From contig CM052818.1 in assembly GCA_028534125.1 (NCBI GenBank), forward strand, positions 7,132,001 to 7,196,000: 64,000 nucleotides of DNA, read 5' to 3'. Origin of the DNA: Lama glama. Lineage: Eukaryota. Below, one piece after another: positions 26,791-38,500 of this stretch. Under the pieces are notes generated by a model, which saw only the letters and a program-made list of their open reading frames with translations, was not told the origin of the DNA and searched no databases. The translations under genes and the position numbers were made by a program. Positions within the stretch are counted from its first letter, which is position 1; the number at the start of each line of letters is the position of its first letter.

Positions 26791-27234
26791 TGTGGTGGTC
26801 AGAATAGTGCCCTCCCTACCCATCCGTGTTACTTTATTTGGTATAAGATACTGTGAATGTTTATAAATTAAGGATCTTGAGATTCTTACTATCCAGGTTA
26901 TCCTGGATTGTTTGGCTGTGCTCCATGTGATCATAAAGGTCTTTATAAGAGGGAGGCAGGAAGGTCAAAGGCAGAAGAAAGAGATGGGAGAACAGGAGCA
27001 GAGAGAATGGTGTGTTTTGAAGATGGAGGATGGGGCTACAAAGCAAGGGGTGCAGGCGGCCTCTAAAAGCTGGAAAAGACAAGGAAACAGACTCTCCCTT
27101 GAAGTCTCCAGAAGGAATTCAGGCCTGTCAGAACTGCAATTTTAGACTCTGAACTATGTAAGAGAGTAAATTTGAGTCCTTTTAAGCCACTAAGTTTATG
27201 GTAATTTGTTAAGCAGCAATAGAAAACCAATACA
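26791..27234 (+). mobile_element. MaLR solo LTR (MLT1C/D-like)
   Basis: TGTGG...TTTAAGCCACTAAGTTTATGGTAATTTGTTAAGCAGCAATAGAAAACCAATACA; 5-bp TSD ACTGA/ACTGG. Confidence 0.85.
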
Positions 27235-27908
27235 ACTGGAAAGTATAAAATACAGATTGTTAAGTCCTCCCACAGAGCTACTGTTTTAGCAGAGCTGGTG
27301 GAGTCCAGGGAAGTGGGGTGGTTCGGTGGCCTGTGGTCCTTGGACTCGCTTGCGTTACAGACATACTCAACAGGCCGTCAGTTGTTTCCCTCGGAAGCCT
27401 GGAGGTAGAGGTAGTCCTAGCGTCAACTGTCCTCAGCTCATCCGCTCAGTGACATCTTCGAGCACCCAGGCTCCACCTCAGCCTCTACGCCACCACCCTC
27501 AGTCCTTCACCTTCTCAGATGATACACGCAGGATGGCTACCCTAACTCCAGGGACCACATCCTCGCATGGCCAGGAAGGAGAGAAAGAGCTCTTCCTGCA
27601 GGTCCCTTGTTTTTAATCAGAGAGGAAAAATTCTTTCCCAGGACTCCCAGTAGACTTTCCCCTTCTACCCGATTAGCCACAACTGCATCACCTGGCATCA
27701 CCAGCAGGAAATCTTGAGTAATGTCTCAAAACACTTTCCTGTTCTCTTCCCACAAAACCTTTGCATCCCGCAAACAATGCTTAGCTCTCGTCTCTCTGGT
27801 GCCTTCCTCCTCCAAAGATGATCTTTTGGTGCTGGGTCTTTGTACCTTTTAAAATCACCTCCTGTGCCACTAATGGCTCCTTTCACTTTCCAAAAAATGC
27901 ATTTTCTT

Positions 27909-28070
27909 TCTTTTTTTTTTTTAAACTTTTTTTTTGTGTGTAGGGGGGGTGCATGTGAGATAATTAGGTTTATTTATTTTTTAATGGAGGTACTGGGGAT
28001 TGAACCCAGGACCTCATGCGTGCTGAACACGTGCTCTACCACTGAGCTATATATCCTCTACCCCGCCTCC
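27909..28070 (-). mobile_element. tRNA-Ala-derived SINE (Vic-1-like)
   Basis: Same consensus; 14-bp TSD AAATGCATTTTCTT (27895-27908, 28071-28084). Confidence 0.9.
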
Positions 28071-28479
28071 AAATGCATTTTCTTATTTAATCTTTATAAT
28101 ACTGTGGTGTGGGTAATATTTTTTTCTTTTTTATAGTTAAGAATCAGAGATTGAGAAACATGCCCAAGGTTTGTAAGTGGAAAGCTCAGAGGTGGCAGAT
28201 CTGTCTCATGGAAGGCTCAGGCTCTTAACCATTACAACCAACCCAGACAGTGATTCTCCATTGTTGAGTTGCACATTTTCAAATATTAGTTTGAAGGCAT
28301 ACCTGAGATTAAAAACTCAAAGCAACACTAAACAAATCAATTGTTACAACCCAATCACCATCACTGAAAAGTTTTAAGAGAGGAGTGACATGACCTGACT
28401 TTTGTTTTTAAAGGATCATTCTGTTGAGAATACATGATTAGGGGCCAAGAGTATTGCAGTAGTTGCTTCCCGTCTGACT

Positions 28480-29010
28480 CAAGGTCAAAACCATAGTCAC
28501 TGCATTGCCTTATAAGCCCTCTACACCCTGCCCCCTCCTCCTTGTACCTCTTCTCCTCCCACTCTCTCCCCCCAACTCCTCCCCTCTGTAGTGACATCCT
28601 TGAGCCCTCAGGCACAAGCCCCACCCACACCTGCCCTGCTTGCATTTTCTGTTCCCTCTGCCATGAAAACTTGCTTGGCTTGAGTCCTCACCTCCTTCAG
28701 ATCTTTACTCAAATGTCATCTTCTCAGTGAGGCTTTTCTTAACCACGTCTTCAGAATTGCCCCTCACCCTACCCCACACATACACACCCAAGCACACATT
28801 CCCCATCCTCCTTACCTGCTTATTTTTCCCGGGAGCACTTAGTTCCTAATATATCATATAATTTACCAATTTATTCTCTTTTCTCTCATTCTCCTCACTA
28901 CAACAGAAGAGCCGTGAAAACAGGGATTTTGGTGTGTTTTCTTTGCTGCCAATTTCCCAACTCCTAGAACCTAGGGCAAAGTGGTCATTCAATAAATATT
29001 TGTTGAAAGA
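28480..29010 (+). mobile_element. L2 3' fragment
   Basis: CTCAAATGTCATCTTCTCAGTGAGGC...CATTCAATAAATATTTGTTGAA, the L2 terminus. Confidence 0.75.
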
Positions 29011-29019
29011 CTATATTCT

Positions 29020-29950
29020 TTTTGCACAGCTCTGATTAGTTCCATGAGGTAAATTCCTAGAAACGAAATGACCACAGTACAGAATATGGACATTTTAAGA
29101 GGTTCTTGATACACATGTCCAAACTCCGCCTTCTCAGGGTTGACTCCACCGACACTCCCATCAGTGGCTATGACACAGACCATCCACTGTGCCCTCATGT
29201 TACCTGTTTTAACACACCTATAGCCAGGTTGGTATGTGGCGATGATATTTCTCTATAATTTGTATTACTTTGATTAGGTGCATTTGTATTTTTTTTTCCA
29301 CGCATTTCTTCCTTTGGTCATCATCAGCTTGTGCCCTTTGTCCATTTTTCTAGTTTCAGTGTTTTCTATTGGTGTTTTTCTAATTGATTCTTAAGCCCTC
29401 TTTATGTTATAAAGTTACGAAGTCTTTGTTATCTGGTTTGCAAATATTTTTTCAAGTTTGTCGCTTTTTCTTTTCATTTTGCTTAAAGCATTTCTTGATG
29501 TGTAGTTTTTTAGTGTAATCCATTTTAGTTTTATGGTTCTTTTGCTTTATGTTTGGAAAGGCCTTGCTACTCTAAGATAAATTGTTCATCGGTAATTTTC
29601 TTTAGTTCTCTTACATTTTAAAAAATATATTTTATTCTTTAGTTAATCTCTAGTGTTGTGTCATATTGTGTGAGGTGAGACTCTAACATCCATTTTTCCC
29701 CTTCAATAGTAAAGTGTGGCACATGCCTTCCTTTCGCACTAGCAACGCCACCTTTAGAATGTACTAAATCTTTATATTAAGATCTGTTTCAAGTTTTTCC
29801 ATGTAAATTCATTTATATTTTTCTTTTGCCAGAACCCAACTCTGTTAATTATTACAGCTTTTTAATACCTTCTTTAAATTTTATTTTATTTTTTTCATTT
29901 GGTAGTCATTCTAAGCAAATTTTATGATCATTCTGTCACGTTCAGGAATA
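29020..29950 (-). mobile_element. Highly decayed L1 (L1ME-like)
   Basis: TGCCCTTTGTCCATTTTTC; TTTGCAAATATTTTTTC; T-rich L1 antisense texture. Confidence 0.6.
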
Positions 29951-30429
29951 GATGTGGAATTAACGTCCTAAAATAAAAACAAGATTGTGCCTCTCCCCTG
30001 TGGAAAATCTTTTAATGACCCCTCACCACCTTCAGAATCTAAAGGTCTTCCTAGACATGCTCAGCCAAGCTCTCCAGTCTTGTTTTTTGCTATTCCCTGC
30101 TTGCGATTTACACTTGAGATCTGGACCAATACTCTCTGCTGTTTCTCACCTCCCTGTCTCTGCTGCTCCATCTCCCTTTAATGACCTTGACTAACTCCAG
30201 CTTACCCTAAAATCCATCATTACCTCCCTGACTGTTTGCACACTGGCCTGGCTTTGTGGCCACTTGTGTGTGTCCATCGTCACCCTGTGCGTGTCCATAT
30301 CACCACGTAACCCGTTGCATCCCAGTGATGAGTTAACCTTCCCTGAACTCGGTGGGAGCATCTCTTGTTCATTTTGTGTTTGTAGTACCTAGCATGCTTC
30401 CTGCCTGCAGTAGGTGGTGTAGATGGATT

Positions 30430-31620
30430 AGAGGAGACTAGCCAAGACTGGGAGTAGGAAGATGGATTGCTGCAGTAATCGAAGCGAACGATATTAGAGC
30501 CTTGACAGGGCGGAGATGGGAAAAATGGAGAGGAGGGGATGTATTTGAAAAATATTTGAGAGAGAAAATTGATAGGACTTTATGTCTGGTTAAATGTGAC
30601 AGAAGGGGAGAGAGAAGATATGCTGAATTTTAGATTTCTAACTTAGACACCAGGGGTACCTTGTTGGTACCTTAACCATGTTTCAGCATTCAGGAGGAGG
30701 AGCAGATTTAGGGAGGATAATACAATTAAGACAATTTTAGATGTGCTGTGAGTTGGAGATATCTTTCTGATACCCAGTCGAGGTGTCTAATAAGCAATGG
30801 GATAGAAATAGACTAATTATGTACTTTTATTGTTCAAACCAGGACCCTTTTGAGATTGAAACAGGGTGCTGTTAGTAATTATGCCAGCACAAGCAAAACT
30901 AGGAATGACCCTGACAAACTGAGATATATGATCTCTCTCTCTCTCTCTAAAGGTCAGATATGAACCTCAAAGAGAAAGGTCTGGAATGTGATTAATGATT
31001 TGTGAATCATTAGCATATAGATGCCCTGAGAGTGGGTGAGGTTTCCTAGGGAGAATTTGTAGGATGAGAAGAAGAGAAGAGGGAGCAAAAACAAAACCAT
31101 AGGGAATACCAACATTTAGACAGCAGTTATCAGCTGGTAAAATTTTTTCAAAACACTCATGCCTCCAGATTTTCCTGAAGATTTTGATATCCTAATCAAC
31201 CATCCCCATCCTGCACTCACCTTGGTACTCTTCCCCTAAATTGCAATTGAGGGACAGTTGTTTTGTTTTGTTTTTTAAGGTGGAGAACTGTAGGTTTATA
31301 GGGTAGTCAAAGGAAGAGGAGCCAGCAAAGGAAACAAGTGGCCAGAGAAATAAGAACCAGGAGATTGACTATAGTTCAACCAAATTTACTGAAAGAAATG
31401 GTTACAAGTGATCATTAATGTCAGATACTATTAAGAGGCTTAGTAATAAGAGGAACTGAGAAATGTCCATTGGCTTGGCATTCAGGGAGCCCTGGTGCCC
31501 TTTTCTGGGGGCAGAAGCCAGAGGAAGTAGAAGGGACTAAAACTGTGAAGGGTGAAGACAGGAGCAACCACCAGCATTCGTGAAGCACTGAAGGTAGGGA
31601 AGGATTGCTTCTTGTTTTAA
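30430..31620 (-). mobile_element. Decayed L2 fragments
   Basis: GAGAGGAGGGGATGTATTTGAAAAATATTT; GGAACTGAGAAATGTCCATTGG. Confidence 0.6.
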
Positions 31621-33889
31621 AAGTGAAGACAGAGAGCATTGAGACTATAATTTATTGACAGTAGAGAGGGCAAGGCTGAGTGTACAGGAGAGGAAGAAAT
31701 AACCAGTCTGCAGTGATAGTTAAGCTGTTTCTCTCAGCCCCATTTTCTGGTCTGGAGTACCTGTGCTTTACCATAGTTAATTGTCACCGATCCGTTCCAG
31801 TGGGAGACACTGAGAATTTGAAAACCATCCTTCAGGTGTCTTTCTATTTGGTTGCCTTAGGATCTAGATTTTTTCCCCCTCTTTTTCACTCAAGACTCAA
31901 GATGGGAGCCTTTGAATAATAGAATATAACTTTATCTTCTAGATGCATTGATCTGCTGGACTGTCACTGATAGGGTGTTGATATCCCATCAAATCCAGAT
32001 GTACAGTCCTTGTTGATAGATTGAGAAACATACACTGCAGATGAACGTATACCTTTGGGACGTGTGTGTGTGTGTTTACTTAGTATTGTATATATTAGAA
32101 GGAACAGTGGGTTTTAAACTGAGAATCGATTTTTTTTTTCCCTTGAGACGCTTCATTAAGAAAAAAAAAGGTTAAGTTTCCGAATAGAAACTGTTCCGTT
32201 TTCTGATCTGCTACCTCATAGTAAGAAGTTAGTTGTAGGGTTACTTCCTCGGAGAGAAGGCGGCAAGGACACCAGCGAAAGGAAAAGGAAGGTTTAATTG
32301 CTCTGCAGAGGCCCAAACATGCTCTGAAAAGTAAAGATTTCAGGCTTAATGTGCATGGAACAAAAGGCCGTTGTGAACTGTGTACAAGAGTTGGTGAGAG
32401 TTTGTATTCTGCCCCTTTTTTCTGTGGGAGTTATTTCCTGTTGTTGACTAGAGTTCTTTATTTAGAACCACCTAGCTTCAGAATGCCTGGTAGCAAGCAG
32501 AAAAGTGTGTATTTACAACATAGGCTTACTTCAAGACAATCTCTGAAAAAAAAGTCACACTACTCAGGCACTGAGACAGCATCACGTCCCCAAAGGTCAG
32601 GAGAGCGTGTGGGCTTTATTCCTGTGACCCTGTATCAAAGGACACAAATAAGAGAGAAGCAAAAGGCATTTGGTGTAGCAGTAAGTGGTCACCAAACACC
32701 AAGTGAAAGACACTTCACGGGAAAGTGTGTTTCTGTTGTTTTTTAAAACAAAGCAAGATTTCACTTTTTAGTGCTAGATGTGTTATTTGGCATATTAAGG
32801 AAGTAACAGGAAGCCTTACATACTTTGTGATGAAGCTTTTATCCTTTCTCCCATGGTAGAAGTTAGCCTGGCAGATGCGACATATACCTCAAACACCAGC
32901 TTTAAACCAATTATTCCCTTATACGTGCCTTGTCAGCTGGGTTTCCTGTTAAGCACTTTAGGTGATGCTGGCATCGTCACTGAATTTTACAGTCTCTTAT
33001 TAAGAGAGAGAGAGAAGGACACTGTCTCAAAATGAGTGAAAGGAATAAGTTATTACTGAAATAATGGGAAACAAATAAATGCGTGGAATACGAATATTGT
33101 CCAAGGCTTTATTAACAGATATTAGAAATTGTAGGGGGAAAAAAACCTTACAAACCATAAAGAAGAAAGGGAAAAAATTATTTTTTTACTGTGATGAGAT
33201 CTAAAACGATAACTTCATACTGTTCACTGCAACATATTTATTTGCTTTTCATGTTTTTAAAAAAGAAATTTAAACATTATAGGTAAAATAGAAGCCACCT
33301 GTTTGTCTCTCCCTAATTCCTTCACCCTCTTCCATGTCCAAAGTTAACCACTTTCCTGAATGTTTTTTTCTAATTGATCCTGAATGTTTTTTGTCTCCAA
33401 TGTTTTTATTCTATAATTGAATATGTATGTATGTATAAACAATATGTAGCAATGTTGTACATATTTTTGAATATTTTATATAAAGGATATACTGTACATA
33501 TTTTACAACTTGCTTTATTTTACTCAGCATTATGTTTCTGAGATTTAACCATGTCGATATATGGTAACTTTAGTGCTTTTTAACCACTATAGTTTTCAGG
33601 TGTATCAGTTTATTCTCATCTCAATGAACATTAAAGTTGCTTCTGATTTTTAGCTATTACAAGCAAAGCTGCCACAAACATTCCTCTATGTCTCCAGGAG
33701 GGTTAAAAACAAGAGTTTCTCTAGATTATAGATTTAGCCCTTCTCATCCAGAATTCCTGCAGAGAATTAAGCCTCAGTACCCTAAAGCATCCATTGCATG
33801 TTATGGATTATCTTCTGTCCTCTACATCTGGAAGGGTTCAAGTGTTGGGCTGGAGGTGAAGACTAATACCTGCTCCTAAGAGTGACTGT

Positions 33890-34003
33890 GTCAGTAGCTT
33901 TCTCATTCTTGAGTTCAGCTGGGAAGCTTGAAATCAGCCACGGTGGGAGGGCCTCTTTCCCCCACCCCTAGTCAGTTGTTAAACATTTACCAGCACACCG
34001 CTG
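33890..34003. mobile_element. hAT DNA transposon end (MER63-like)
   Basis: AGCTTGAAATCAGCCACGGTGGGAG...GTTGTTAAACATTTACCAGCACACCGCTG terminal sequence. Confidence 0.6.
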
Positions 34004-34199
34004 GATTTTACCTTTATACCACCCTTGGGAGGACTGAGGAAACAGTCACTTGAATCGTTTTCTGTAGAGCTTATTTTCTCATGGGATGCTAGTTGAGCGG
34101 ACTGCATGTATATGGGCAGGGTGAGCATCTCCAACTTTGCTGCAGAATGCCCAGTTATCGCCGGAGTGGTCAGTCTGATAGCTGTGAACTAACCTTTAA

Positions 34200-35530
34200 T
34201 ATTGCATTTTTCTTGTTACTGCTGAGGCGAGTATCGTTTCACACGTTGAGTTTCCCCTTTTACCCATTTTTCTATTGGGTTTATATGGCTTTTAAAAAAT
34301 TGATTCAGAGGAGTTCTTTATTTCTGAACACTAATCCTTTATTGATTATATGAATCACATATATCATCTGTAGCTTGCCTTTAGCTTGTTTATAGTATAT
34401 TTTGTTTAATAGATGTTTAATTTTTAATGTCATCAAAGTTATTGGCCTTTTCCTTTATAGTTTGTGCATTGGCTGTCGTTTCTTACTAGTCAAAGTCTCG
34501 TCAGGAAACAGAATTCCACTCAAATGATTCAACTAAAGAGACTTTAATGAAGGGGCTTTTTACAGAGGGGTGACAAAAGCTGAGGCATGGAAGACCAAGG
34601 AAGAGTGGGGAGTTGTTACTGTCCTTAGATCCAGAGGGGAGACAGGAGGAAGTGTCCTTGTGGGAGTCCGTGAGAGCTGGCGCCTTGGAGAAGGGGCCAG
34701 CTGCAGAAGCTGTGGTTGTGGAGCGAGGGGCACTGGAGGAGTGGTGACAGGGGCCCAGAACAGGAGGAGCAGGGAAATTCCCCAGCCTCTCTCCCCTCTG
34801 GCCCACTGGTCTCTTTCTGGTGCCTTCCTTTTGCCGAATCTAGCTGGAGGCTAGTTGGCAAAGGAGCTTAGTCCCAAGGGGTCAACATTTCAGAGCACAG
34901 AGCACAGCAGAGGCAAGCAGAGAATGAATCTTCGGAGACAAGCAGTAATCACACAGCGCTTGTTCTGAGCCCATAAACACATTTTCCTATATTCTCTCCT
35001 AAAAGTTGTGAAGTTTTGTTTTACATATTTAGATGTTAGTCTCCCTGAAATGTGTTTTTTTGAAAAATATAAGGTACCTGATTTTATTTTATTGTCCATG
35101 CAAGTAACCAGGTGACCTTTAGCCATTTATTGAATAGCCTGTCCTCTCCCACTGATCTGTAATCCCACCTCTGTCATATTTTACACTTTCATCTATGTAT
35201 GGGTCTCTCTCTGTACTCTCAGTTCTGTTCTATTGCTCTGTTTATCCCTTGCCAGCCCCACTGTTTTAATTACTCGAGCTTTATAATAAGCCTTGACATC
35301 TGATAGGACACATCTCCCATCTTTTTCTTCAAATTTAGTACAGCTATCTTTTGCCCTTTGCTATTCCAGAGGATTTCTGGATTTGCTTATATAGTTCCTT
35401 GGGCAGAAGGTAGGAGGGCATTGGGATTTAAGTGGGAATCGCGTTTAATTTACTGATGAGTTTTGGGGAGAACTGATAATTATGTAGTATTGGGTATTCC
35501 TATCCATGAATGGTGTGGCTCCCCATTAAT
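34200..35530 (-). mobile_element. Decayed L1ME-like fragments split by an ERVL-type LTR fragment (~34475-34960)
   Basis: L1 antisense motifs (CCATTTTTCTATTGGGT; CCATTTATTGAATAG; TTCCTATCCATGAA) on either side of a GA-rich LTR-like block. Confidence 0.55.
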
Positions 35531-38500
35531 CCTATTCTTTTTATCTGATGAACTTTTGGAAAGGTTTCTATTTTCTCACTTTTCATTTTCGGCTGTAATG
35601 TGGAAATAGTAACTCTGGAAGTCTTTATAGCTGTTATTTTTTTATCACTAAAATTAAAAACATGGTGTCTAACAGTTCTAAAGTAACAGATCAGAATTGA
35701 TTGACCATGAATGTCTGATTCATTAAAATTCTTTTCAACCTTTTTATAATTTGGGCTTTAATTTCTTAAAGGAAGTTAAAAGGAAATCCAGGTGGTGGTG
35801 AAAGAACCAGTGCTATTCCCACGAAAACGGTGGATCAGCCACCCCAGTATGGGCTGTGCTGCCCTTTTGTAGTGAGGCCAGATGAATCACTGGAGTCAAA
35901 GTCAGGGAATCTGGCACTTTTTAAATGAGGGTTTTTCGGTTTTGTTTTTTACTTGACGTGACTCTTCACATGTACATTTTCTTTTAAAAGAATCATCTTC
36001 AAAGATGATTAAATGCATGCATTGTTTGAGCAAACTCCAGTTTGTAGAGCGCACATTGATTTGTAACAGAACAGAACGGCAGTGGGCGTCTATACTATAG
36101 ATGATATTCTCGTGGTATTTGCTGCCATCCACTCTCCTTTCTAAATTTGGTGTTACAGATTCAACTTCTGTTTTTAAAAAGGGAAGTTACATATAGCTCA
36201 TTCACACTATTATTTTCTCCTTAAAAGCCAGTTTCTCTGATGATTGCCCATTTAAGGAGTTTCATATGCCTCAAACAAGACTTCTCCAAGAAAACCATCT
36301 TGAGACAAATATTCCTTAGGAAGATAAAACCTTTCATTCAATATTTACAGCATGTTTAGAAAAACAATTGACTAGTTGCACAAGTGTATCTAACGTGGCG
36401 CTGGTGTTTATCTGAGATGCTTGCTTTAGTTTCTCCCTACTTGAATTCACTCTGTGCGTTTCTGAAATTTCAAATATAAAAAAAATTAAATTTAAAAATA
36501 CAGGGTTTTTTTTCCAATTTAAAGCAAGTATTATTGGACAGTTGCATAATTTTGAAGAAGTCTTGTTTACTCTGGCAACAAGTTTTTAAACAACAGTTCT
36601 GCGTTGGTGACTAAAAGAAAAGATAAAGTCTGCACACAGTATCGGTCTTATACCTAAGTGTTACCTCTTCTCCAGAAAACCAATAAAAATTCAAAGTGGC
36701 AAAGAGCTGATTCATTTTTTGTTGCATGCTATGTTTACATTAAACTGTTCTCTGTCCATATGTTTATTTTCTAATGATACCTCATAGCCTGAACTTAGAG
36801 GCATTTCCTGGACATTTATACACATTAAAGCTTTGACTTTTTTTAACTTCCCAAGGTAGAATTTTTATAGGTGGGACTTCAAAAAATGGTTTAAATACAT
36901 TATTTACGTTCCCCAGATCACCATATTTTCTTAAATGACCTCTTTACTCATAGGTGATTTAAAGGTACACAACCCTAGATGGTTTCTATACTAGATATGA
37001 GAAGATATATAGCAGAAAATAGAATGTGAATTTGGTTTTATATTCTGCCAAACTCCTATGAAGGTAGTCCCATTGTAGTCACCTTTTCGCAGACTCCTAA
37101 CTCTGGGAAGGGACTTAGAGAAACCCTTGAGCCCTCGCGCCACATTTTACGGGGTGTGGACGCAGTCCTGTGATGCCAAGGGCCTGATTCAGCTTCACTG
37201 CCGACAGTGCCTGAGGAACTAGACCCGAGATCTCCTGACCAACAACCTGTGCTCTTTTCACCAGAACCGGCGTTAATCCTAAATCTGTGACATAGCAGAT
37301 TAAGAAACTGAAAGGTCAGTGATTAGTCATAGTTAAGTGATTTATTTGTACAAGATCTTCAAACTCCTGCTCCAGGACTCTTCATCTCACCCAGGCTGGC
37401 CCCCAGGGACAAGGAAGGTCTGGGGGCTGCCCGATTTCTAACATTCATGGAAGTTTTTGATGGAAGCCAGGAATGCTGAGTATCTTGAGAAAAGTGTGAA
37501 CCCCTCAAAGAAGGGAGGATGGCTGATAGAAAGGAAGTACAGAGTCAACGTGCAGAGGCCACCAGGAGGGTGGTGCTGTGTGGGGAACTGGGGACAAGGA
37601 GAGATGTTTCTGAGAAGCGACCACCAGTCTCAGTGGAGCGGCATCTGGCGGGAAGGGGACACTGGAGTCATCACCAGGAACGGCTTTTGCTCTCCAGCCA
37701 AGAGGGTGAAAGCAAAAGCTGGGGTCTCTCAGGAGGGCTGCTCCAAAGTGGGCCTCACAATTTATTTGAAGATTTTAACAAAAAATAGTGGCAAATGAAA
37801 GAGAGAGGAAGCTCATGCTCAACAGACGCCATCTTCTCTAGAAATGGTTAGGGACTTAACGAAAATGCTGGGGAAAAAAAGACAATAGTTTTAAAAGCAT
37901 TTTCTTCCAATATTTTCATAAAGATTTTGTTCCAAATTAGGATTTAAATATTGTCAGATTATTAAAAGAGAAGAAGGTGTGTATCTCTAACAGAAAAATG
38001 ACACTCTCTCGTAACACATAAGGGGCAGTCATTGCAAAGCGCCCCGTAACAATACGGGAGTCTTTGCAGGAGCAGCCCTTCCTTAGGGCTAAAGCTGTCC
38101 TCCTGAAGCGGGAAGGGAGAGGCGGGACAAAACCTGGCAAGAGTAGGTGGACAAAGAGATGCAGAAGAGTCTGCAGAAGTAGATGGTCCTGTGAAGTTTT
38201 AACTTGCTAGCACCGAATCTGTCTGTGCCATCTTTGTGAGAGTGTTTAGTTTTCCAACTCATTGTATCCTGTATCAATCAGCTCCTTAATAATAGGTTAG
38301 GTGATGTGACCTCCAGACTTTATTTTGAAGATTTAGTAATAGATTTCAGTTATCACTGAATGAGAAGTCCACATTCAATCAGGATCTCTATTTTCTGTGA
38401 AAAGATTGGCCCAGCTGGTTGTATATAATGTATTTAATAATTTAAATGTTTTTGGGGGCAAGGGGCATAAGACCAATATTTCCAAGGTGTACAGATGGGT

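Noticed and set aside
32225..32312. Short LTR-like fragment
   Set aside because: Too short, no clear TSD, family could not be assigned.
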